Shown here in pieces: positions 8,134 through 15,187 of a DNA stretch of 15,187 bases. The stretch's first letter is position 1; each line of letters starts with the position of its first letter. Source of the stretch: Candidatus Bathyarchaeota archaeon. Lineage in GTDB: Archaea; Thermoproteota; Bathyarchaeia; Bathyarchaeales; Bathyarchaeaceae. The position numbers and the translations under genes were made by a program. A model generated the notes under the pieces. It searched no databases, was not told the origin of the DNA, and saw only the letters and a program-made list of their open reading frames with translations. Location of the stretch: the NCBI GenBank assembly GCA_963697165.1, contig CAVOMX010000007.1, forward strand, positions 1-15,187, read 5' to 3'.

Positions 8134-9248
8134 GGAGCAGCATCCAGCACACGCACCGAAGTTGAGTTGATATCCTCTAGCCAGCCAGTCTTTTTATCAA
8201 TTGGTCTTTTGAATATTTTTCCTATTTTGTTCCTGTTTTTTGCTTGATGATACTTGAAGTATATCTCATCGTTGAAAATGCCCAATATTTCTATCTTTCC
8301 AGTTCTGTGAGACATGATAAACCTGAACCGCTTACTGTAACCGTTACAGTGTTTCTTTGTTTCTTCAATAATCTCTATGCTTCTATATAGGGGCACTTGA
8401 AAATTGCTTTTAACTCTCTTGACGGGTCTGCATTGAAAAACGTAGTATGGATTGACACCGATACTTACTAGACTGTTCTGTAAATTGACTAGCGTCATAG
8501 GGTTATCGTTGACGCCTTTCAGCAACACTGTTTGATTGTTCACGATAACGCCTGATTTTATCAGGTTATCTACAGCTTTGATGGATTGCTTGGTTATTTC
8601 ATTTGGATGGTTAAACTGGGTAACAACATATATTCGTCGATCTGGACGCGAATACCTTGAAAAAATACGTAACAACTCATCGTCTTCGAACCTTTCCGGA
8701 AAAGTAACTGGTGCTCTGCTGCCAAAACGTATGAACGTTATTTGTGAAATGTCTGATATAATCGAAAGAAGCTGTTCGATAACTTCGTTTTTTAGCACAA
8801 GAGGGTCACCACCAGATATCAAAACGTTGTTTATGTGTTCATGTTGCTTTATGTAAGCTGCCGCATCTTCGAAACGCTCAATTATCTCCTCGGTATGTAA
8901 GCCAACAAGCCTCTTTCTGAAGCAGTGCCTGCAATACATTGCACATTTGTTTGTGGCTAATATCAAGGCTGTCTCTTCGTATTTGTATTGAAGCCCAGAC
9001 ATTTTGGTGTTTTCTGCTTCACCACTTGTGTCATAGGAGCCTTGAAGGTTAAATTCCTCCATTGATGGAATTGCCATCTTTCTTATGGGGTCCTTAGGGT
9101 CTTCCCAATCTATCAATCCCATATAATATGGGGTTACAAGCATTGGATGCTTTTGGGTAATTTGTTTTAGCTTTTTTTCTTCTTTTGGTGATAAATTAAT
9201 GAACTCTTTGAGTTGGTCGATTGTACAAATACTATTTTCCATTTTCAT
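8121..9248 (-). CDS. KamA-family radical SAM/PLP aminomutase-like protein (substrate uncertain)
   Basis: VTPYY, DPIRKMAIP, CAMYCRHCFRKR, LISGGDPL, TQFNHPNEIT, NQTVLLKGVND, PYYVFQC, and TGK (likely the PLP lysine). Confidence 0.92.
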   Translation of the reverse strand: MKMENSICTIDQLKEFINLSPKEEKKLKQITQKHPMLVTPYYMGLIDWEDPKDPIRKMAIPSMEEFNLQGSYDTSGEAENTKMSGLQYKYEETALILATNKCAMYCRHCFRKRLVGLHTEEIIERFEDAAAYIKQHEHINNVLISGGDPLVLKNEVIEQLLSIISDISQITFIRFGSRAPVTFPERFEDDELLRIFSRYSRPDRRIYVVTQFNHPNEITKQSIKAVDNLIKSGVIVNNQTVLLKGVNDNPMTLVNLQNSLVSIGVNPYYVFQCRPVKRVKSNFQVPLYRSIEIIEETKKHCNGYSKRFRFIMSHRTGKIEILGIFNDEIYFKYHQAKNRNKIGKIFKRPIDKKTGWLEDINSTSVRVLDAAPYLL

Positions 9249-9817
9249 TTCTTTTCACCATTGCTAATTGAGTTTGAAATTCGGTTTGCAACCGAGTTAG
9301 CCTTTTTTTCGGATATCCTATAGAAGTTTCGTCCGATATCGTACACGAAAAAGAGAATTAATCCCAAGGTTACATATGTGGTGATTTCTTGCAGTAACGG
9401 TCCATAATTTGGTAGTCTACTAAAGAGAGGAAATATTGTAGCTGCCACCAAAAGGATAGCAACAACGTAGGCAGTGTCCTTAAAGACCCGCTGTCTTGAC
9501 ATTCCCTCTTTTATTCCTAAGTGTCTCAAAAATTGAGACGTTGCCTTGTCGATTATCGCCAAGGCATCAAACAATGTTCGAACTACAAAAATTCCTGCAA
9601 CAATCAATAATCCGATCTGTAACAAAAACACGATTTCAGTGCTGATGCTGCTTAGCGTCCATAAAACAATGAAGCTCGTTGCAAAAAAGACCATAGCAAC
9701 CGAAATATTAGCCAGTAGCCTAGGTAGTCTATTCCTAATTTCTTCAGTTACAGCGTTCACACTAATCAATCCTGATGTGCTAAATTGTTTATTTACAGTC
9801 AACTTTTTCGTATGCAA
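9245..9817 (-). CDS. Hypothetical integral membrane protein (~4 TM), translationally coupled to the KamA gene
   Basis: 190-aa ORF with four hydrophobic segments. Its TGA stop overlaps the KamA start as ATGA (9248-9245). The start (TTG9817) is uncertain. Confidence 0.8.
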   Translation of the reverse strand: MHTKKLTVNKQFSTSGLISVNAVTEEIRNRLPRLLANISVAMVFFATSFIVLWTLSSISTEIVFLLQIGLLIVAGIFVVRTLFDALAIIDKATSQFLRHLGIKEGMSRQRVFKDTAYVVAILLVAATIFPLFSRLPNYGPLLQEITTYVTLGLILFFVYDIGRNFYRISEKKANSVANRISNSISNGEKK

Positions 9818-10456
9818 TTACGGCATAATGCAGGTTTACGCATACTATAGAATTGATTGATGTTTGACTAAAGCACTAATTTCTATATTCTGACGGGATC
9901 TTATAAATAGTGCGTTAACAACAAATGGCATATTACAAAGTTTTGATGTCTGTTCGTTATCACTATATGCATTTAGTAAAAATTTCTTTAACGGACAAAT
10001 TTCTGTTATATTTATTCATAAATAATGAAAGGAAGAAGGGATATCTGAGGCTCTCACATAGGCGTTTGTTGATGAGTACATGAAACGATTCCAACAATAA
10101 TTGAGGAGAATCATGTTTCGCACTTCCTGTGTTTCAGCCTTTTCAGTCCCTTCTATTCCTATAAACTTGTTACTCCCCATAAAAAAGTGGGGAATAGAAA
10201 ATTTTGGATTACGATTAAGCTGAAAGGTGCAATAGAAGTCGTAGAATCAGTTATTGGAACTGCCGCGTTTTGCGCAATATGTTGCTTATGATACTCTTTA
10301 TTTCCGACTTTAACCAAGTTAATGTTGTTGTGAGAGATTTTGGCTACTGAAACAATCAGAATCATCAACAAACAATCGTATGCTTTAGTATTTCAAAATA
10401 TGAGTTTTTGTAATTTGCAACCCTTTCTAGTTATATGATTATATGCAGGGAAAGTT

Positions 10457-10564
10457 TCATCTTTCTACTTGGAACACTACTTCTTTTCGTGAAGAAAACC
10501 AGCGAAGATATAGTTTCTGTTTTCGTATTTTTTTCTTTCTTGAGACTGTGTCCCTTTTTCTCAT
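10457..10564 (-). CDS. Putative 35-aa highly basic microprotein
   Basis: MRKRDTVSRKKKIRKQKLYLRWFSSRKEVVFQVER*, 14/35 K+R. A TATA-like TAATATATTT lies 19-28 nt upstream (10592-10583). It is below the ORF-track size cutoff. Confidence 0.35.
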   Translation of the reverse strand: MRKRDTVSRKKKIRKQKLYLRWFSSRKEVVFQVER

Positions 10565-10660
10565 TTAGCTGTGGGGTGAAACAAATATATTATGCGTCTG
10601 AGTTCACTCATGGACTTGTTTAGAGAAAACATAAATTAATGGTTTGAGGATTGCTTTGGT

Positions 10661-10771
10661 ATGAAATGTCCAAGATGCGAAACCGAGATGATTACGCGAA
10701 AACTTAAAGGAAAAAAGCAAGTGTTCTTTTCGTGCCCCAGCTGTCACTATAACCGCACATCAAGGACATAG
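10661..10771 (+). CDS. 36-aa CPxC...CPxC zinc-ribbon microprotein
   Basis: MKCPRCETEMITRKLKGKKQVFFSCPSCHYNRTSRT*. Two Cys knuckles. AT-rich TATA-like ATAAATTAAT at 10631-10640. It ends 8 nt from the convergent MscS stop. Confidence 0.75.
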   Translation: MKCPRCETEMITRKLKGKKQVFFSCPSCHYNRTSRT

Positions 10772-10779
10772 TTGATCGG

Positions 10780-11622
10780 TTATTCTGTTTCTTGTTTGTT
10801 GGACGCTTTTTGTGCTGTCATATACTCTTTTCGCATCAGGGCTGGAATTGGGGGCATTATACATTCATTTTTGAATTCTTTTTGGATTAACTCGGAAATG
10901 TTTGATTTGATGAATTCTTCGTTGGATGGATTGTTTATCCAAAACAGTGCCTCTATCTCGTTTGTCCACTCGCGGTTGCGAAAAATGAATCTTATTTCTC
11001 TTCTTTTCTTCTTGTTAAAGATGACTGCTTCATGGTTTTTCAGTATGTTCTCGATTGTGGTTTTGGCTTTTTCAGCGTCTGAGTTATAGTCTATGGTGAA
11101 GATTATTGAAGCCACTGACTCTTGTTCTCCGCCTGTGAGATTGATTATTTTTTCTCTCATAAGCATAGAGTTCGGAATGATAATCTCGTTTCGGTCGTAG
11201 GTCTTCAGTTTGGTTGTTCTGAGGGCTATGTCCGTGACTGTTCCTCTTAAGTCTCCAACTCGGATTACGTCGCCGATAGTGTAAGTTTTGCCAGAGATTA
11301 TCAGCACACCTGATACCCAGTTTTCTATTATGTCCTTCAAGCCAAATCCGATCACTAATGCGCCTACTCCGAGACCTGCGACAGCTGCGGTGATGTCTAT
11401 TTCCACAAGGGAAAGGATTATGATGAGAGCTACAATGTAGATAACTATTTGAAAGAACCTCTTCAGGTGAACAAGTGTTCCCTTCTTCAGTTCGCCTTTC
11501 TTCTCAAGTCTACCAACAATCTCGTTAAACAGGGTGACAATCAAAAAGGCGCCGATTATCGTCAAAACTATCTTCAGAAGCAGAATAGGATTTGCGAATA
11601 GACTTTGAAGACTAGCGATCAT
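10780..11622 (-). CDS. mscS: Small-conductance mechanosensitive channel (MscS family)
   Basis: TM3-like AVAGLGVGALVIGFGLKDIIENWVSG, then YTIGDVIRVG, GTVTDIALRTTKLKTYD and IIIPNS. Confidence 0.92.
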   Translation of the reverse strand: MIASLQSLFANPILLLKIVLTIIGAFLIVTLFNEIVGRLEKKGELKKGTLVHLKRFFQIVIYIVALIIILSLVEIDITAAVAGLGVGALVIGFGLKDIIENWVSGVLIISGKTYTIGDVIRVGDLRGTVTDIALRTTKLKTYDRNEIIIPNSMLMREKIINLTGGEQESVASIIFTIDYNSDAEKAKTTIENILKNHEAVIFNKKKRREIRFIFRNREWTNEIEALFWINNPSNEEFIKSNISELIQKEFKNECIMPPIPALMRKEYMTAQKASNKQETE

Positions 11623-11734
11623 ATCCTTTTCCTCGGCATATTCCTAGAAGACGATGTCTCTTTTTTAGTTTTTCTGGACTTGACAATGAACGCCTTTGAA
11701 TGTTAGTTAAGTGAACATTTGCTTTTTTTGGTTT

Positions 11735-12691
11735 TTAGAAAACGAATATGGAAACGCCCACCTGTTGTAGAATAAATATTACGAATATCATGCACAGAAA
11801 TATGGCTGACTTTTTGGTTAGACGTTCACTTGCGCCAACCAGGTACCAGACGGTTAATGATGAAAGCAGGACATAGAACATGATGCTTTGAACGGCTACG
11901 ACATTCACTTCAGAAAATGAGAGTAATGATGATACTCCTAAGATAAGAGTGATATTCGTGATGCAGCTACCAAGCAGATTTCCAAGAGCCATGTTAACTA
12001 GTCCTTGTTTTAGTGCTTGTATTGTTGTTGCCAGCTCGGGCAAGGAGGTTCCGAATCCGATAATTGTTGCTCCTATTATTGATGTGGGTAACCCTACAAA
12101 ATTTGCAATATCTATGGAACTATCCACTGCAATTTTGGAGAGAATTATTATCAACACAACACCAACCAAGAATTTGATTCCCACATTAGCAATATTCTCC
12201 TCTTTTTGTTGTTTGGGAGTCTCCTCGACGATTTTGACTTCAGTTTTTCTGGAAACTGTTACGCCGAAGAATGCGAATAGGGTTAAAAGTACCATGCCTA
12301 AGACGGGTCCTAGGGTTCCTCGTTGGACAATAAACAAGGGGATTATTGAGGAGATAAAAAGGAATTGTACAAGTTCTTTTTGTGTTTGCCCTTTAATTAT
12401 GATCTCCTTTCTACTGATTAATACTGCCAATCCTAGGATTATGGTGAGGTTGGCTATGTTTGATCCTAGGACGTTACCTACCGAGAGACCTCCTTCGCCC
12501 GCAAGCGAGGCGACTGTGGAAACTGAAAGCTCTGGTAGTGATGTTATAATGGAGAGGAGAATGAAACCTGCGGCAATTTCGGATAGTCCAAGAGCTTTTG
12601 ATATAACTAGAACGTATCGTATGATTCGGTCGCTGATCAGCACAATAAGCAGCAAGGCTATAGCCAGCAGGGGTAAACTGTAAACAATCAT
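11735..12691 (-). CDS. Cation:Ca2+ antiporter (CaCA family, YrbG-like Na+/Ca2+ exchanger)
   Basis: Two alpha repeats, TSLPEL...GNVLGSNIANL and GTSLPEL...GNLLGSCITN. About 10 TM segments. Confidence 0.92.
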   Translation of the reverse strand: MIVYSLPLLAIALLLIVLISDRIIRYVLVISKALGLSEIAAGFILLSIITSLPELSVSTVASLAGEGGLSVGNVLGSNIANLTIILGLAVLISRKEIIIKGQTQKELVQFLFISSIIPLFIVQRGTLGPVLGMVLLTLFAFFGVTVSRKTEVKIVEETPKQQKEENIANVGIKFLVGVVLIIILSKIAVDSSIDIANFVGLPTSIIGATIIGFGTSLPELATTIQALKQGLVNMALGNLLGSCITNITLILGVSSLLSFSEVNVVAVQSIMFYVLLSSLTVWYLVGASERLTKKSAIFLCMIFVIFILQQVGVSIFVF

Positions 12692-12790
12692 TTGTACATC
12701 ACCAGGATGTTTTAGTATCTTAAATTAAAGCCTGTGATAATGCTTTTAAAGATTTTATTTCAATTAACAGGAAGGGAGATTTCTTCAACT

Positions 12791-13624
12791 ATGAACCCTG
12801 TTGATTTCATTAACGCAATAGGCGAGTGGAGCATAACGAACCTAAGTAACATCGTGTTTTCTTTTGTTACAATCATTGTGGGTTACGTCGTTATCAAGCT
12901 TGTTACCCGAGAGATAAAGTCTCTGAAAAACCAGAAGAAGCTTGAGCAACATGCGGCTTACACATTGAACCGTGTTCTGAAATGGTTCATTTTTATGGCA
13001 GTTTTTTCGATTATTTTGGCGCAGTTTGGGATACCGTTGGGTGAGGTCTCTGGCCTATTAACGGTTCTTGGAGGAACCGTCATAGGTTTTGCGGCTATAA
13101 ACACGATTGGAAACACTATCGCTGGCTTAATTGTTATGACTAGTCGTCCCTTCAGGGTTGGGGATCGGATATTCTTTAATGGACAATTCGCAGATGTTGA
13201 AGCCATCGAGTTGATTTACACTAAGATGCGCACTCTTGACAATGTATTAATTTCTATACCAAACCAGGAATTGTTGAAGGCCGAGATAGATAATTATGGA
13301 AAAAAGTCGATTGTTAGGAGAGGCTGTTCGATTACAGCTGGTTTTGAGCTTACTTCAGAACAGGTTGAAACTGCTCTTTTAGAGGCGGGGAACAAGTTAG
13401 TGGAAAAGGGCGATGTTTTAAGGTTGCCCGAGTCTTATGTTTGGGTTACCAAGTTTGGGAATTATGCTGTTGAGTACACCCTATATGTTTTTATCCAAGA
13501 TATTGGGCGTCTGCCCGAGATAGATGCTAATCTAAAAAGAGTTGTTCTGGAAACCTGTAAACAGCATGGAGTAGAAATTTGTACGCCAACGATTATCCGG
13601 AGCGTAAAAAGTGGCAAGGACTAA
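12791..13624 (+). CDS. mscS: Small-conductance mechanosensitive channel (MscS family), second paralog
   Basis: GGTVIGFAAINTIGNTIAG, RPFRVGDRI, YTKMRTLDN, ISIPNQ. ATG12791 preferred; the track start at 12734 leaves only 42 nt for a divergent promoter. Confidence 0.92.
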   Translation: MNPVDFINAIGEWSITNLSNIVFSFVTIIVGYVVIKLVTREIKSLKNQKKLEQHAAYTLNRVLKWFIFMAVFSIILAQFGIPLGEVSGLLTVLGGTVIGFAAINTIGNTIAGLIVMTSRPFRVGDRIFFNGQFADVEAIELIYTKMRTLDNVLISIPNQELLKAEIDNYGKKSIVRRGCSITAGFELTSEQVETALLEAGNKLVEKGDVLRLPESYVWVTKFGNYAVEYTLYVFIQDIGRLPEIDANLKRVVLETCKQHGVEICTPTIIRSVKSGKD

Positions 13625-13962
13625 GCTGTTGACTAGCGGTTTGTGTGTCATGTTCTTTTCTGGTGGAAGCTGCAAAAAAAGCCACACCATGATTAGCGCT
13701 TAAAACAAAATGTTAGAGAGAAACAACAAAAAAACGCTCTAGAGAGAGCAAACTTGAACGAATAGACTGTTCAAACCTATTAATGGTTAGGTAATTGGTT
13801 TTATTGTAGCTTTCCCGACAAGCATACTAGTTATCCCATTAGCTAGAAGACTAGCTACTAAATTAGTATAATAGATTTTACTCACGTGTAAGATCAAACA
13901 AAAATCCATTATTGTGTTAGTTACTCCAAGATTGCTTCAAAGAACGTTTGTATTTAGTAAAG

Positions 13963-13989
13963 TATAAATTTAATGACGTATGTCATAAA
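13963..13989 (+). promoter_or_regulatory. Probable TATA box with an adjacent palindromic operator for the nitroreductase gene
   Basis: TATAAATTTA at 13963-13972 is followed by TTAATGAC-GTAT-GTCATAAA (13970-13989, core ATGAC-N4-GTCAT), ending 20 nt before ATG14010. Confidence 0.5.
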
Positions 13990-14009
13990 ATCCGATTGGG
14001 TGGATTAGT

Positions 14010-14546
14010 ATGGAGTTTATGGAGGTCATTGCAGCAAGAAAGAGCGTTCGCGGTTACACCGATAAAGATATTGAGGAAGAGAAGTTCACTAAGATATTCG
14101 AATCCGCTCGTATGTCACCTTCTTGGGCAAACAAGCAATGTTGGAGCTATATTTTGGTTAGGGATAAAGAAAAGATAACAAAATTGGCGGGCGGACTTGT
14201 CAACTCTTGGATGAAACATGCGAAAGCGATTATTGTGGCATGTGGCGATCCGAAGAAATCTGGTTCTCGAAACGGAATGGATTATTATCTCGTAGATGTG
14301 GCAATTTCAATGGAACATTTGGTGTTAGCGGCAGCTGATCTGGGTCTTGGGACCTGTTGGATCGGTGGTTTTGATGAGGCGAAAGTGAAACAAATTCTAG
14401 ATATTCCTGAGAAAATCAAGGTTGTTGCATTAACTCCCTTAGGATATCCATCTGTAGAAGGAGTGAGAAATAAGTTGGTTACGAAGCTAATAGGAAGCAA
14501 TAAAAGAAAAACGATGGAAAACATGGTTCATTATGACAAATGGTAA
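14010..14546 (+). CDS. Nitroreductase-family (FMN-dependent) protein
   Basis: IAARKSVRGY, ARMSPSWANKQCW, DVAISMEHLVLAAADLGLGTCWIGGFDE, TPLGYP, final RK motif. Confidence 0.93.
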   Translation: MEFMEVIAARKSVRGYTDKDIEEEKFTKIFESARMSPSWANKQCWSYILVRDKEKITKLAGGLVNSWMKHAKAIIVACGDPKKSGSRNGMDYYLVDVAISMEHLVLAAADLGLGTCWIGGFDEAKVKQILDIPEKIKVVALTPLGYPSVEGVRNKLVTKLIGSNKRKTMENMVHYDKW

Positions 14547-14750
14547 CTTTCTAACCGATATGGAATAACCCTTTAAGTTTCAAAGTACAATATTTTGTTA
14601 CAAATATTTTTTCAGTTGATAATTACGGTTTTTCCGAGCAGTGGGTTTGAAATTAAACTTTTACCCAAAACCAAAATCAATAACTTGTCAAGGTTTCTTG
14701 GCAAAAAAACTTTTCAATTTTCATCAACTGTTGTTTACTGAGTAATTAAT

Positions 14751-15187
14751 ATGGGGGAAAGACGAACAGCTTTTAAGTTATTGATTCTAGGTTTTGCTGT
14801 TGTTTCTATTTCTCTTTCAATTGCCACACCACAATTTGTATTTGCAGCGTCAGAAAATTGGAGTGAAGTTACAAGATTTTCTGGGAAAGGTGCTCTTACA
14901 ACAACAGACCCCTTTACATGTGATCATGTTGAATGGCGAATTAGATGGGAACTTGAACCGCAATCAGGATTTTTATCAGCATATATTTATCCGCATGAGT
15001 CACAAAGTGCATGATTTGAAAGCATAATAAAGTCACCAGAAAATAATGAAACAAACGGAACATTATACATTCACAAGAGAAGCGGCACATTTCATTTGAT
15101 AATTAAGGCAACAGCAGAAACAAGTTACACACTTGTAATTGAACAAAATTTAGGTTCTATTCCAGAATTTCAATTATGTGCAATTTT
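14751..15187 (+). pseudogene. Secreted PEF-CTERM-type surface protein with an internal in-frame TGA (runs off the window end)
   Basis: Signal peptide MGERRTAFKLLILGFAVVSISLSIATPQFVFA. After TGA at 15012-15014 the same frame stays open to the window end: FESIIKSPENNETNGTLYIHKRSGTFHLIIKATAETSYTLVIEQNLGSIPEFQLCAI. IPEF is the PEF sorting motif. Confidence 0.75.

Noticed and set aside
10016..10371. Minus-strand small ORFs 10180-10016 (54 aa, MGSNKFIGIEG...) and 10371-10159 (70 aa)
   Set aside because: No recognisable motif or convincing start signals, so they cannot be supported without a homology search.
11949..12683. 244-aa plus-strand ORF
   Set aside because: Antisense shadow of the hydrophobic CaCA antiporter gene, with no recognisable motifs.
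2068..14524. Other short antisense or nested ORFs in the track (e.g. 2732-3016, 6517-6786, 7022-7309, 8536-8856, 9546-9860, 10772-11089, 13948-14178)
   Set aside because: They lie within or opposite well-supported genes and lack motifs.
9245..15014. Genome-wide stop-codon reassignment (TGA or TAA) as the explanation for the internal stops
   Set aside because: TGA acts as a normal stop in the ATGA overlap at 9245-9248 and at 514 and 5321. TAA ends most intact genes.
1..15187. CRISPR arrays, tRNA/rRNA genes, transposases, integrases
   Set aside because: No regularly spaced repeats, cloverleaf or rRNA-like segments, or recombinase motifs were seen by eye. Covariance-model searches were not run.

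Overview
Archaeal chromosomal window. The Bathyarchaeia/TACK-like assignment is inferred from gene content: rfcS-rfcL, archaeal-type MoaA, a tandem Lrp/AsnC and a PEF-CTERM protein. The intact core runs from 2.7 to 14.5 kb: rfcS-rfcL plus an 8-Cys protein, HtrA protease, moaA, cupin, membrane protein plus KamA-family radical SAM, two MscS channels flanking a CaCA (YrbG-like) antiporter, and a nitroreductase. Manual translation of the apparently empty regions found genes missing from the ORF track. Bases 285-2575 hold five interrupted genes: (1) a TFS/RpoM C-ribbon-only paralog with a D-N instead of D-E hairpin, split exactly at an in-frame A_AAA_AAG -1 slippery heptamer; (2) a GT2 remnant; (3) a broken 2x[4Fe-4S] ferredoxin; (4) a frameshifted small Cys4 protein; (5) a frameshifted tandem Lrp. 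Near 10.5 kb is a divergent pair of micro-ORFs, a 36-aa zinc ribbon and a 35-aa basic peptide. The last gene continues past an in-frame TGA into a PEF-CTERM signal. The best hypotheses are the atypical, possibly recoded TFS paralog and a KamA variant with altered substrate residues inside a possible osmoadaptation cluster. Gene decay or assembly error cannot be excluded for any interruption.
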